Source: Balanoglossus misakiensis
Taxonomy: Eukaryota; Animalia; Hemichordata
Assembly: GCA_040954595.2 (NCBI GenBank)
Contig: CM082579.2
Span: 4,081,227 to 4,145,226, forward strand
DNA length: 64,000 nucleotides
Direction: 5' to 3'
Under the pieces are notes generated by a model. That model was not told the origin of the DNA, did no database searches, and worked only from the letters and a program-made list of their open reading frames with translations. Every line of letters starts with the position of its first letter. Position 1 is the stretch's first letter. Below are positions 49,771-63,060 of this stretch, in pieces. The position numbers and the translations under genes are program-made.

Positions 49771-52700
49771 GATGTTTAGCACCTTGCTTAGTCAACGGTC
49801 AATTTGCCTTGTTGCTGATGGTCATCAGTAAAATGAGGAGCCCCAAAACCTACAGGCAAAGCCTTGAGGTAGTCGGAACTTACTGCAGCTGGGGCTCTGC
49901 TGAAAAAATTGAGACGCCCAGTGGAAGTGGTAGTGAAACTTGTAGCAAAGTTCACGGTGATAATTGCTAGGCAACTAGGTCTTGCCATTGTCTGGCTAAA
50001 AATACATCCCTGTGCGTGAATAAATTAAAAACGTCTTTGTCCCAAGGGACCAACTCAAAGCCACATCCCGGTATGCTTTTACTACTAGCATGGAGTCATG
50101 CTACTAGTATATTACGCACTGGTTTCAAAGCTGTAAGACTCACAGGCGGTACCGTAGAAGCGCTTATACTTATAGGATGACTGTACAAAAACTGGAAAAG
50201 TGTGGATTTTCTCGGATCTTCCATTTATTTGATGTGGAACAACAAATGGGACAAGTGGCGAAATGTGTCCTTGATTTTCAATCGCACCATGAAGCCTATT
50301 TGAACCTAATTTGCATAAATGTCCGAGTGCGGTGATCCCGTCCCTTTTATACACATGTGAATGCAAAACTATTTGAGTCGCTGATAAGAAATGTTTACCA
50401 ACTTTTATAATCCAAAAAAGGGCGTCCTAATCATTGCACGTGTGCAAGCGACTTCTGTGTCTTATGTAATCTGCTTAAAACCCTAAGCCCCAAAGCTCTC
50501 TTATAAATTACGTGCATACAGATTTGTCGAGTGGGGGTATTTGGTATGTGTGAAACAACGTGGACCCACTAGTGAAAGGTGAAAATCGTTCAAACGAAAC
50601 TGATACGATTATCCAGAATATTGAGGGGTGATGAAACTTTCCAGACTTGATGTGTGGTTGCTTTAAATATTAAATAGAAGAGGGTCCCCGCTGCGCTCCA
50701 CGTTGCAATTAGTCGAGAACAAGTTGGCTGATCTATATTTTCATATCAAGTAAAGTTAATCTGCTATCAGTATGCAAATGGCGAGGGGCGATAATTAAAG
50801 AAGTCAGAACAACTGCGACCTAAAAGAATAAACAGCAGAAATGTTTCATAGAAATTGACCCAAATTTAAAATATTTGTCACTTTCTGAATATTAATTATC
50901 ATTCGCGAGATTCGAAAGCATACCTACAGGCCTATATAGCCACTGGTCAATCATGACAACGGCACGAGGAGTATTCTCGCCTGCCCCGCTGTCAACGTGT
51001 CCGGTACTGACCGAATTAAGATTATATCAAAGTATCGATATGCAAACGACCTGATTAAATTGAATAATTTATCATGAATGTTTTGGTTTTGTTTAAAACA
51101 TCGACACCGCGAGTTTAGTATGTTGACAGGAAAACTAGAGCATCTGCACACATTTACAGGTGTGTTTGGATAGCCCCCTCCTAAAAGAATAAAATCGGTC
51201 GTCAATACGCTATGATAGCTGATTAATTATTCAGAATACTTGGACACTATATGAAGGCAGTCATGCACAATAATTTAACAGCCGCTGAAAAAATCCACCA
51301 AAGTTGCCTGTTGCACATCGGCTCATTGGCGCTAGTTTGCAGTGCTTCCTCAGAATACTTGACATCTAAGCATATACTCAAAACCCGCCGGAAAGCAGAA
51401 CAGTATTCAGGTGAGCTTGCATCATCACGAAGTTTCACGATTGCGCAAATACCCAAAATACAAACTGGATTAAGATTAAGACAGCAGAAACTTTTGTGTA
51501 GGCCAGACACGGATCTAGACACTGATCGATAGCGTATAGTGCGTGGGATACCCCCATCCCCACTGGCCAATCCTCTCCAAGTTTGAGTGTACGACACGTG
51601 GTGGTCCGCCTGGACATGAAAATGAGCCAGTGAACCCTCTCGTAGGATATACGGGTTGACTGAATGTTTGTTGGAATATCTCAATTTTCTGATGAACCAG
51701 TGTTCAACTTTGTGGGTCTACAAGTTATCAACATATTTCCATGGCCGTGAATTTCAGACTAGCGTCAATATTTATTCACTGTCAAACTCCAAGGTTGGAG
51801 TATGATTGATCCCGCCGACCCTCTATATCAGGCATCTTCCAAATCGCGATACCGACTGACGTGATATGTGGAACGTACCAAAAAATCGTCAGTTAGACAT
51901 ATTTTAGCTCAATAGATTTACAAATGTACTTAACTTGGAACCCTTTTATTATATTTCTGTTCAGTCACACAGAGTGCTGAGTGTATAATAGCTTGTGTGG
52001 TGGGTTCGGCAAATCTCATGATAGGCGCAAACTTCCGGTTTATTATCACAATTGACAGAGGTCTACAAGAGTACAATAGCTTCTCCCTAAGGTCCAGCGG
52101 GCCTTGTTTCTGGTCTCCACCCGTTGTGACGATTTGAAATATCACGTCCTAGTTTTAAAATGTCAGTATGAGGTGTAATGACCTCGACATTATCAGTAAT
52201 TTATGTTAAATTTTAGTTGAAAGATTTTACAAAACCCTGAAATTGTATTGGAATACGCAAACAGTATACACTCGAACAATTGTCAATATTATCGTGAATG
52301 TATAAGAGATTACTGACATTGGGCCTTGATGTGGCGTCAAACATCGACACTGTGTTTTACTTGTCATTCACTATATTAATTTGAAAGGTGTGTCATGACG
52401 ATTTTTGTAATCATTTGTCGGGCGTGTCAGTACATCATTTTAATATCCTTGGAGGATGTAGATAGGATCTACGCAACAATAGTTTTTGTGATAATAAATA
52501 TCAATATAATGGTTAAAATTTAGTCACTATCAGCGAAACACGTAACGGTTGTCACAGCACGCCCACCTTGCTCTACCATCCCTGCGATTGGACTAAGTCA
52601 ACGTGTACTGGTATATGTATTGTTTTCCAACAATGGACAATTACATGTGCTCTTCCGGACCTGTAAGACTTTCGCATGAAAGGAAAGTCACACTTCATGT

Positions 52701-54239
52701 CGCGCACGTCGGATCCATAACCCATTCTATTAAAGCTGAGGGTCTGTTTCACTTGAAATGAACAACGGTAGATGTGTATATGCGTGTGTGGAGGAAGGTG
52801 GGGGGGGGGGGGGGGGCAACGAAAGACGTTCGAGAACACTGGCGAACATATCTAATCTAGGTCACCGGGTTTACCAATACTGTGGCCAATCCCGTAGAGA
52901 CGTTCTATAATATGCAACCGGAAATGACTGTACTATCCCCATTTTCCCTGAGGCTCATCTACGTCACATTGGGGTGTACCGTTTAGCCCACTGTCATTAC
53001 TAAGTTGAAACCGGCAAGTGGTGACGTCTGTTTCGCAGTTCTAAAAGTTGTAATAGGTGTATATTAGGCTTATAATTGGCTCATCTCATACCATATCGAC
53101 ATTCGCGAGAGTCCAGTGTCTGAGGTGTTCTGATCGTGAGTATAACATTTAAACATTAATAAGTTTAGCCTTTCTATCACGAGGTAAAAACATTAAGCCA
53201 TTCATGTGGTGTGGATACGAACAACGCGCAGCCCTATAGGTAATTTACATTGGCATCTATCTTGCCGCGAGTTACGCGCAAAGCTAAGAAACGTTCCTTT
53301 CCCCAGAGTACGTGCAGAGGTGGGGCCCTATCATGTTAAAAGGGAGTCAACTGAATTTCTATTCCTTTTTCAATAATTCGGCGTCTTGGGTTAATCGCTC
53401 TCTATTTTTGCAAGGATCTGGTTTCAGAATTGCGTCCAACTTTACAACAACTGTAATTTTACCATTCAGAGGAATGCATGGTATCTCCGTCCTTTTATTA
53501 AGACGTCTATTGTTTGCGCCCACACTCGCACTTGTGTTTTGTTGTTGTATACCTGCTACCCGCCAACTTACGCACAAGACTTCAGGTGTAGTGTTTACAC
53601 AGTCAACTGACAGGTACATGTTTTAAACCTATCTACGCAGTGTAAATAAGCGCGGTGTCCACGACTGAGTGAAGGGGTCGGGATCTGACAATATTTGTGC
53701 AGATACTATAAAGAGTGCCGAATCGGAACTTATGAGTACTCTCGTGGAATGTGTCAGATTTTACGTGTGTTGACGTTTGCTTCTGGGTCAAAAAGTAAAG
53801 TGGCATCTTCTATTTAACTGGCTTTAAAAGAGACCGCAATCGCGTTCAGCGCAGAAGCTGCTATACGCGAAAAGAAATCAGACGATTTCACCAAAAAAAG
53901 TGACACTCTTGTGTAAATACGTCAGAAAACAAACTACCAATTCTCAGAATGTAATTGATATTTATCCCAGTTCTTTTTATATCAAACTGTTTTACCATAA
54001 AACTGAATATAACGCAAGTATTTCGTCCATGCTTGATATCATGTGGTGGTGGGGAAACTATGTGACAGATATAGTGATAATCCGGAAAAGGCGCTTTTTG
54101 AGCATGTTTGTGCAAATTCGTTTTTTAATCGCGTTTTATAGTCCACAGATTACGCGTTGTTTTATGCCCCTATTCGTTAAATCAATTAGGTAAATTATGT
54201 GTCCCAAAAGACGGGAACTTGGAAGGAGTGTACTTAGGT

Positions 54240-54799
54240 TAACGGTAATCACGTGGTACGATTAGCGACGGAAAGACCAGCTCTGTCAATCAAATTTTCC
54301 TGGCGTATGTAAACCTTTAGACATGACGTCATAACCCCGCCTCCAACTTTTCGACCCAGATATGCGGTAGTGCATAGTGTGTCACTGCAGTGTACACAGT
54401 GAACTGAGAAGCCAGAAATCTGTGCCATGTCAGGCTTGGTCGGAATTTAACTCTTACACTTGTCATGTTCGGCGATGTTGTGGTGCAATTACGTGAGTTT
54501 TTGAATGTGTTGGTTCAACTGTTAACACGCCTTGAAAAAGTGATCAACTTTGTTTTATTTGGAGTCAATCGAATTGTGTTTGTTCGCAGACGGCAATCGG
54601 AGCGGTATTGTTCGTCGGCTTCTATACAAATTTCAATGAAGCCACTTTTTGACCGTTGACGTGATATTTTGGGAACGTGCAGGCCAGCGCCGCGCATTCG
54701 AGTGTGTTAGTATGGAGACGGTTTCAGGCACTTGAATTTTGTCTGAGGTTTTTGTGGGGCTTCATTGACACCCACCAGACAGTTGCATTTTTGTGTAAG
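54240..54799 (+). promoter_or_regulatory. ANKRD50 proximal promoter and probable non-coding exon 1
   Basis: E-box CACGTG at about 54250, CRE TGACGTCA at 54324-54331 and GC box CCCCGCC at 54335-54341 in CpG-rich sequence. Candidate donor AAG|GTACAT at 54799/54800 and a strong acceptor ttgtttacag| at 55010. Confidence 0.6.
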
Positions 54800-55150
54800 G
54801 TACATAACCTGTTCGGTTACACACAGGTTGAATGGCGCTGCTGAAAACACCGTTCCGAGGCCATTTAAGTGAAGTCAGCCCTTTTCTAAAGAATATTCAT
54901 GAGTTTGAATTGTGTGGCTTTGCCTTTGGTTAGATCATTAGCGAGTCCGTTTACTGTTCTATTTTTTTCTGCCTGAATTTTAACTGATGGTTTCGCTGGT
55001 TTGTTTACAGGTGCAAGTTAACGGTGCAGGGGCCAGTCCGTGCTGTTGTAGTGTGAGCGGCGGCCATTGATGATAACTGTGCCGTGTCTCTCGTGCCGTG
55101 ATCACTGGATGTAATCCGCCCTGTCGGGGGAGGTCGAGGCCTCGGTCATC

Positions 55151-58100
55151 ATGGCACAGCAGTGTATGCTGCAGGGGAAGCGATTTTACTGCCGAGAGTG
55201 GGCCTTCCAGAAGTTACTACACTGTCTCGAGAGCAGGCCCACGTCGAAAACATGCGGGACTCTAATTATGGGGGGACCGGGCAGCGGAAAGACGGCTCTG
55301 TGTGCGGAAATAATCTGGTCGACGTCGAATCATGGGAAGCAGCGGACGCTCAGCCGACGTGCCCTGGCCTACCACTTCTGCCAAGCCCACGACAGTGAAA
55401 CCCTGTCGGTGAGTAATTTCGTTCTGGGGTTAGTGAACCAGCTGTCGCGATCGACCCTGCTGCAAGGGTATGGAGATAAAATACAGGACCCGAGCATCCA
55501 AGCTCTGCTGGAGCCGGCGGAATGCGAACGCAATCCGGATGAGGCCTTCAAAAAGGGCGTTCTGTTACCCCTGCTCGCGTTGAATCCGCCTAGCCGCTAT
55601 TGTTTTGTTTTAGTGGACTCGATCGACGAAGGGTATATCGAACCGCCCGGAGATCGATCATCCAGCGGGGTTAGTCGCACCATCGCCGAGCTGTTGGCAA
55701 ACAATCACGAACTCTTCCCACCGTGGCTACTGTTACTTTGCACAGCTCGCCGACAAAGCAAGAATGTGACACGGATGTTCACCGGTTTTCGAAAGATAAG
55801 TCTGGATGACCTCAGGAAGTCGCACGTTGTGAGGGACGTTCAGCAATATATTCTGAGTCGGCTTGACAGGGAGGAAACCCTGCGGCAGCACCTAAGCAGG
55901 GAGACTGCGGAAATGCTGAACCAGCTCCACATCAAAAGCAACGGATGTTTCATGTACCTGGAGAAGGTACTGGACGGTGTCGCGGAGAAATTCGTCAGCC
56001 TGCGCGACATAGCGGAAATTCCAGGAACACTCAACGGACTGTATCTTTGGTTATGCCAGCGTTTGTTCATACGTAAACAGTTTGTCAAAATACACCCAAT
56101 CCTGAATGTGATGTTAGCTGCCAGACGACCCCTCGCGGAAACGGAACTTTATTCTGCTTCACGCACGAGAAATACAACACTGACCAGAGAGGAATTCTCG
56201 CGGCGCTTGGAAATGATGTCGAAAATTCTAGTGAAGAGCCCAGACAACAACACGAGAATTATCTTCCACCACAGTTTTGCAGAATGGCTGCTGGACGTCA
56301 AACACTGTACGCAGAAATACCTGTGCAGCGTATCCGACGGACATGCCATGTTGGCGATGAAGTATTCATGCAATGCAACAGAACTCACCCCATCACAAGT
56401 GCAAAGCTTCGCCGAACATATTCTCCAGTCTAATCTCTGCCCACCGCTGGAGAATTACCACTTAGCGCTGTGGCTTAATTGGATCGGTACCCCATTACAG
56501 GACGCTTTGGTCACATCAACGCCAAAGAATCAGAACGTACTGAAACTGTTGGTGGAAGCTGGCTCAAAGGTTGTCAGTCTGGATGAGAACGCAATTGCCC
56601 TGAAAGAGGCTCTGGAGAAAGAGGAATCCATCCGCGATTTACTCGACAACGGGGCCATGGTCAATAACAAAGACAGCAGTGGCCGGACTCTGCTTTCCAA
56701 CGCGGCGTACTGCGGAAATCTCAATGTGGTGAAACTCCTGCTCAATCGCGGCGCGGACATCGAACAGGTCGATAAGACCAGTCAGACGCCCCTGAACTTG
56801 GCAGCGCGTCAGGGTCACACGGAAATAGTGAACTTGTTGGTGGAAGAAGGTGCCAAGGTTGACAATAAAGATAACGATGGGTGGACAGCGCTGAGGTCTG
56901 CCGCATGGGGTGGACACACTGATGTTGTGAACGTCTTGCTGAGAGCAGGGGCAGATGTCGATGAGCTGGACAGCGACCAGCGGACTGCACTACGAGCTGC
57001 TGCGTGGGGTGGCCATGGGGACATCGTGCTCAGCCTGTTGGAAAACGGGGCTAGTGTGAACACAGCGGACAAAGAGGGGCGTACAGCACTCATTGCCTCT
57101 GCCTACATGGGACACAGTCAGATCGCCGAGCATTTACTGGACTTTGGTGCCGAGATTGATCACCAGGATTCGGACGGCAGAACAGCGCTGTCCGTCGCGT
57201 CGCTTTGTGTCCCGGCCAGCAAAGGTCATTCTGAAGTTGTCAGTATCCTCATCGAGAGAAACGGAGCAGTGGATCACCGTGATCATGACGGTATGACGCC
57301 GTTGCTGGTGGCAGCCTACGAAGGGCACCAGGAGGTGGTGGAATTGTTGCTGGAAGGCGAAGCGGACGTGGATGCCAGCGATAACAACGGCCGAACGCCG
57401 CTCATAGCAGCTGCGTCTATGGGTCATGCACCGGTTGTGAATACACTGCTGTTCTGGGGTGCTGCAATCGATACGATCGACGTGGAAGGAAGGACTGTTC
57501 TCTCCATAGCCGCGGCACAGGGCAACTGCGAGGTGGTGAGAATGCTGTTGGATAGGGGGCTGGATGAAATGCACCGAGATAACGCCGGTTGGACCCCCCT
57601 GCACATGGGCGCGCTGGAAGGCCACCGCGATGCCTGCGAAGTCTTGCTCGAGCAAGGTGCCCGCGTGAATGAAGTTGATAACGACGGGAGAATCCCACTC
57701 ATACTGGCCGCCCAAGAGGGACATCTTGAGGTGGTCAAACTCATGCTGGACTTCGGTGCAAAGATTGACCATGTCTCCCACGACGGCAGAAATGCCCTGC
57801 GAACGGCCTGCGTGGAGGGACACAAAGAGGTGGTGCATCATCTGATATGCAAGGGTGCGAATCTGAACTTCAAAGACGGCGAGGGGCGTACCACGTTGTA
57901 CATGCTGGCACTGGAGAACCGCATCAAGATGGCCGAGTACATGCTGGAGAACGACGCCTATGTGGAGTGCACCGACATCGAGGGCAGGACGCCGTTACAT
58001 GTAGCAGCTTGGCAAGGCAACACAGACATGGTGGACTTGCTGGTCAGGTACCACGCCAAAGTCAACAGCACTGACAATGACAAACGTACGGCTCTGCAGT

Positions 58101-59305
58101 CGGCCGCGTGGCAGGGTCACGCCGACATTGTGAAGTTGCTGCTGGACAGAGGGGCGTCCGTGGATCACACGTGCAACCAGGGTGCCACGGCCCTTTGCAT
58201 CGCTGCCCAGGAGGGACACGTAGAAGTCCTCCACGCTCTACTCGAGCACGGTGCCGATCCCAACCACGCCGATCAGTTCGGTCGCACGGCGATGAGAGTA
58301 GCCATCAAAGGCGGACACGACGGCGTCATGAAACTCCTCGAAAACTGGGGCGTGAGTAATCCACTGCGCACCGGCAGCGTCCGATCGAGTGAAGCCAGGT
58401 GCAGCTCCGCATCCATGACGACGGCGTCAACAAACAGCATGCCAAGCAACAGCGTGCAAACCAATGGCGGAGGCATGGTGTCGTCCAACTCGTCATCAAG
58501 TTCTCCAGACTCCACGGTGGACAACAGGAAATCAATGGTGTCCAACCAGTCGAAGTCGTCGTCAAACCTGACATCGACATCAACCAATCTGTCTTCGTTC
58601 ACGTTCCCTCCACCACCTACAGAGGCACCTCCTGGTCTGTCGTTCACAGAGCAAATCCAACAGCACACCATGGTGCAGGGGCTGGCGGAGCCCGACGTCC
58701 GTAAAGAAAACACAAGACCAAGTCCGCCGAAGAATCTCCTACTCCGGTCCAACACTCTACCGGAGAGGGGAAACATGCCGATGACGGTGAAGGGAATCGA
58801 CCTGCAGACCTCGAAGCAAGAGTCGCTGAAGAAGCCGCGGACCTCGGTGCCGAGTCAGCCCATCACGTCCACGCGCCACCAGCCACCGGTTCCCCCGCAT
58901 CAGAGAACCCAGAAGGTTCCCTCGCCAGAACACAAGCCCAGAAACATGATCCAGCTGGGCTCCCACTGCAACCCGGAACACTTGTCGCTGGGCAGAAAGG
59001 GATCGCTACCCGTCAGCCTCCAGGAAGCCCACATGCAGCACGTGCTGAAAGCCAAGCAGTGTATGTCGCCGGAGACCAAGGTGCGACGCAACGGAATCGT
59101 CACCAATCCCAACTACACCAACAAAAACATTCACGGGACGAAAAACCCACTCGTCAATAATCAGAGGGATGCCTTGATTAACAAACACTCACTCATCAAC
59201 GGGAATCCAGACTCCACTTCCGCCATGGAATATAAACAAGCTGTCAAACTCAATTTCGAAGGAACTGCTGGGAGAAATGGAATAAAGAAGGAGACCCCTC
59301 TCTAA
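55151..59305 (+). CDS. ANKRD50: Ankyrin repeat domain-containing protein 50 (N-terminal P-loop/NACHT-like NTPase, about 19 ankyrin repeats, Ser/Pro-rich tail)
   Basis: Uninterrupted 1384-aa ORF with [13 protein letters not shown], Walker [48 protein letters not shown], tandem ankyrin repeats ([17 protein letters not shown]...) and a C-terminal KKETPL, as in vertebrate ANKRD50. Confidence 0.96.
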   Translation: MAQQCMLQGKRFYCREWAFQKLLHCLESRPTSKTCGTLIMGGPGSGKTALCAEIIWSTSNHGKQRTLSRRALAYHFCQAHDSETLSVSNFVLGLVNQLSRSTLLQGYGDKIQDPSIQALLEPAECERNPDEAFKKGVLLPLLALNPPSRYCFVLVDSIDEGYIEPPGDRSSSGVSRTIAELLANNHELFPPWLLLLCTARRQSKNVTRMFTGFRKISLDDLRKSHVVRDVQQYILSRLDREETLRQHLSRETAEMLNQLHIKSNGCFMYLEKVLDGVAEKFVSLRDIAEIPGTLNGLYLWLCQRLFIRKQFVKIHPILNVMLAARRPLAETELYSASRTRNTTLTREEFSRRLEMMSKILVKSPDNNTRIIFHHSFAEWLLDVKHCTQKYLCSVSDGHAMLAMKYSCNATELTPSQVQSFAEHILQSNLCPPLENYHLALWLNWIGTPLQDALVTSTPKNQNVLKLLVEAGSKVVSLDENAIALKEALEKEESIRDLLDNGAMVNNKDSSGRTLLSNAAYCGNLNVVKLLLNRGADIEQVDKTSQTPLNLAARQGHTEIVNLLVEEGAKVDNKDNDGWTALRSAAWGGHTDVVNVLLRAGADVDELDSDQRTALRAAAWGGHGDIVLSLLENGASVNTADKEGRTALIASAYMGHSQIAEHLLDFGAEIDHQDSDGRTALSVASLCVPASKGHSEVVSILIERNGAVDHRDHDGMTPLLVAAYEGHQEVVELLLEGEADVDASDNNGRTPLIAAASMGHAPVVNTLLFWGAAIDTIDVEGRTVLSIAAAQGNCEVVRMLLDRGLDEMHRDNAGWTPLHMGALEGHRDACEVLLEQGARVNEVDNDGRIPLILAAQEGHLEVVKLMLDFGAKIDHVSHDGRNALRTACVEGHKEVVHHLICKGANLNFKDGEGRTTLYMLALENRIKMAEYMLENDAYVECTDIEGRTPLHVAAWQGNTDMVDLLVRYHAKVNSTDNDKRTALQSAAWQGHADIVKLLLDRGASVDHTCNQGATALCIAAQEGHVEVLHALLEHGADPNHADQFGRTAMRVAIKGGHDGVMKLLENWGVSNPLRTGSVRSSEARCSSASMTTASTNSMPSNSVQTNGGGMVSSNSSSSSPDSTVDNRKSMVSNQSKSSSNLTSTSTNLSSFTFPPPPTEAPPGLSFTEQIQQHTMVQGLAEPDVRKENTRPSPPKNLLLRSNTLPERGNMPMTVKGIDLQTSKQESLKKPRTSVPSQPITSTRHQPPVPPHQRTQKVPSPEHKPRNMIQLGSHCNPEHLSLGRKGSLPVSLQEAHMQHVLKAKQCMSPETKVRRNGIVTNPNYTNKNIHGTKNPLVNNQRDALINKHSLINGNPDSTSAMEYKQAVKLNFEGTAGRNGIKKETPL

Positions 59306-59308
59306 CAG

Positions 59309-59575
59309 GTATGTACAGTTTTTATCTACACTCCTGCAAAAAGAATGAGCCTGCTTTTCATTTCATTTCCTCTGCTGGACAGATGCATATATATCATTAG
59401 CCAGTAAATTAATTAATCTACAGAATGCATTTTCCTGAGACAATTGACAGTATCCATAGCAACCATTGTCTCTCATATTTTTACATGTATGTGTCTGGTA
59501 TGAATGGTGTCTGCGTTTAATTGAACGACAGCTATATCTTTCTCTCTAACACACAGTGTCTGTCTTGTATTACAG
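59309..59575 (+). other. Probable intron in the ANKRD50 3' UTR starting 3 nt after the stop codon
   Basis: Donor TAA CAG|GTATGT, branch-like CTCTAAC at 59544-59550, and acceptor tgtcttgtattacag| at 59575. Confidence 0.6.
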
Positions 59576-62500
59576 TTGGTATGTGCTGTGTACATCGGCA
59601 GTAATGGGATCGCTGACTGAGGTGGGGTCAGGTCGTGTCAGGTCAGCGCTGGAGGCCAAGCCCGAAAGAGAAACAAGAAATCAGTGTACATAATCGATGA
59701 TGTGTTCATAGGGACAATGCCCTTGGATTTCAAAAGGGAACTCGACCTGTAAGTTCAGGTTTAAATGTGTACAGATCTCCCGATGGAGGGGAACCACCAA
59801 TTACTGAAATTGTATTGTAGTGACATAAAAAGCATTGTAAATAAGCCCAGCTCCACTTTCAATTGCGGACTACATGTATAAGAGTGCTTAGTAGAGAATT
59901 GTTCAATGTGCTTTAATTTATGACTTGTGAGTATTTACAGGGTCAATTTGCATAATAGCTCTGACCCTGACCTCAATTTAATGACAACTCGCCAGTGTAC
60001 AGCTGAGTGTGGCATCCTGCTTCACAGAGAGTGGTCAAGAGCGGCCATTGCACTTGACATCAAAGCAGATGTGAATGGTGAAGAAGCAAGGAGAGCCACA
60101 ATCTTTTTGTAAAATAGAACAGACTTTTCAACCACGCTTCTATTAAGCACATTGAGTTTTACTTTGAAATTTACTTTTTTTGCGAGAAATAGAGAACATC
60201 TTTAATTGTCTTGTACTTACTTACAAGTACCAGTAATTATTTTGTCCACAGATCTGTGGCGACCTCAATCCTATTTTATTGTATTTTATTCCTGTACAAT
60301 ACAGTGGCACGTCATGACATCTTGAATTTACATTTTATTTTCTGCATTTATTTACTGTTGAGTGCGTCAAAGCAACATTCTTCAAGAACATTGTTTTAGA
60401 TGTTGAAATAGTTACATTTTCACACAAGCCGAGGGAGTCACACGTCTCCCGAGTTCACATTACAGTATCTACGTTGTATTCGATTAGCGATAGCAAAGGA
60501 GTTTCAAAGGTTGTACCTCTCAATTCCATAACAAAAAATTATGTATTTAAATTGTTTTTTCTATTTATAAAAGTGTAAATGTTATGTATTTCGCTATACA
60601 CGCCAACTTTCACGTATGGAGAATACCGTCAAGATTTGTAGGGTGGTGGCATGGTGTTATGTTTTAGAAACATTTAGGTAACCCCGCCCTTTGCTCTACT
60701 AAGCTCTCGCAGCATATTTTCTCGGATGACATTTCAGGAACTTTGTGTTTGGCTAGAGTCTGTGAAAATCGTTTGTTTTCAATTCCATTGTGGTGTCATC
60801 AGCTGGTTAAGTCGGCTTCTGTGTACTGGCTTATTCACTTACAAGATAAGTCGGGATTAGAGGATTTTGTGCTGAGATTACCAGCAAGTTGCAAAGAAGA
60901 GATCTTTGCAGACACTGAAATAAAAAGAAACACCAGTTGGCTTGATAACTGAAATTCACAGCTATACTAAGTTGAGACTCAAAGAAATTTTGAGAAATGG
61001 AAATCTGGCAAAACCTGAATATAATCTTAGAAGGAAGAACATTGAAAAACAGGATATGAGAGCTTAGTAGACCAGGGGTTCGGGTATTGATGATGTTAAG
61101 TCATTTGGTCTAGATACATATAGAATAGATGCGGTTGTAATTTCTAGTATTTATAGTAAGTTGTATTATCAGGCTATAACTTATATGTCGCTCATGTAAG
61201 TCTACATGTTCCACATCAGAGTTGCTTATCGTAGTTCGTTGCATGGCTCTAGACCACACAGGTCCAGACGCAGTAATTCAGACATAAAACTGATTCAGAA
61301 ATTAAATCAGAACACCCACATACTGTACAAGCTCGGTTCATTCTCTCCTTTCATTATATTTGCCGTTTACATGTTATCCAGCATGTACCCCACCCCCCTC
61401 CTCCACCCCCAACAAGAACAACTGCACTGGCGACAAGTCCCCATTTGCATTATGAGCAAATTTAAAAATAACCAGAATTCCACATACCAGGAACCTGCTA
61501 TTATTGCATTGCAGATCTCTGTTTACCGGCCAACTATGTCAGACCCAACTGGAGTCCCTATGTTGAAGTCCCCCTATTAAAAATTTACACACCCGAAACA
61601 ACAGAGCGACCTGACAACAGACTATCATTGTTTTACGCCACTTGAAATGTCAAATCCGCAGACAGAACTCCTACTGGAAATGTCTGTATCAGTTACAATG
61701 GACTGAGTCGCTGACATTTATGGAGAAAGGGAAAGTTGTAAATGCCAGTTCTTTTTATATGATCAGGAAATCCCGGAAATCCTGCCCTGTGGAATCTGAC
61801 TGCAAGTGATTAATATCGAATGTGGAAAGGGATTGTAAAATATGATCTGATCCACTCCCATTTGGAAACCAGCGAGTAGTAACATGAATAGTGTGCTTCA
61901 TAATTCCATCCACTTTGGTCTAAAAAAACAACAGAGGCTCCACATAACCCTCTTACCCCAGTTTCCAATTGTACCGTTCCAACTATTGTCACTGAAAAGA
62001 GTGATTTCAGTGGTGCCATATGGAAAGGTTAAATATTAAAAGGAGAGAATGAATTGCGATTTGTATATACAGACAGACAGTCTGTACCTGTGATTACTGG
62101 CTCTAAAACCCTGTAGTACTCAGCTGATACAAAAATGTACATTTCATGGTTGCAGAGCCAGTAGTTCAGAGGGGAAGTGTCTGAAAACTAACAGGGAGAG
62201 TAACAGTTGCATGTTAGTTGAACCCACGTCAGCTTTATAGAGACAGTGATAACAGTTTTAGATGTACATGTATATTGGAGAGAAAAAAGATCATTACAGA
62301 AAGATGGGACAGTGATAGCAAGTTGGTATTGCGCGTTTTAAAGAACGAAAAAAATTGTGATGTAAAATTGCAATGGAAAGGCTTGTGATGTGTATTAAGT
62401 CTTTTGGGATTATGAAGAAGTAAAAAATGTTCAATTTGATGGCTTTGAAAATTGCATACGTGTGGTGGTGTCTTCATTGCTGTGGTTGTGCCATGAAGTG

Positions 62501-62982
62501 AGTGAAATTGCTTTTAAATGTGATGGCTGAAACAGATTGGTTGAGATGTGTGATGTGTATGCACATGATGTGAGTAGTTGATGGAGTGACTGTACTGTAT
62601 ATCCTGTCAGTTGGATTGGAGCAACTGGTATTGTAATTATAGCCCTGACTGGCATGTGCAACTTTTATCTTTGAAAAAAACATGTCAGTTACAGTTGGAT
62701 GGAATGAGCTTTGCACAGATGCCACTGACAAGGGACGATGGAAGAAAGATTTAAAATGTATCGGGTTTTATGTGCTATCTTTCATAGATTAGAGTCAAAT
62801 GTCAGGGTTTTTTGCTGTCCCTGTGTGTCGGTCTGTGTAGGGCAAAGTACTGTGTGATGCTAGAGATGCTACCAGCAGACGTGATCAAGCCAGGATTGGT
62901 GCCTGGTTTAATTGTCACATTTTGCCTGTTAATTGGGTCAGCACAGGGTATTTAAATTCAGAGTGTATAGTCTTGTCATTTA

Positions 62983-63060
62983 TGGCCATGCTAGCCCGGA
63001 GACACAGGCGTTGTATTCTAGATCTAGATCAACGCATGTGTCTCCGGGCTATGGCCATGC
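62983..63060. mobile_element. 60-bp palindromic micro-MITE with 15-bp perfect TIRs and a 9-bp TSD
   Basis: The sequence reads tggccatgc[tagcccggagacaca-ggcgttgtattctagatctagatcaacgca-tgtgtctccgggcta]tggccatgc. The element itself spans 62992-63051. Confidence 0.9.

Noticed and set aside
49865-49890. TGAGGTAGT let-7-like seed, plus other partial miRNA-like matches (miR-31-like at about 37122, miR-71-like at about 43699)
   Set aside because: Similarity ends after the seed and there is no supporting precursor hairpin.
55162-59188. Many overlapping ORFs inside ANKRD50 (e.g. 57134-57841 minus)
   Set aside because: They are antisense or frame shadows of the ankyrin-repeat CDS.
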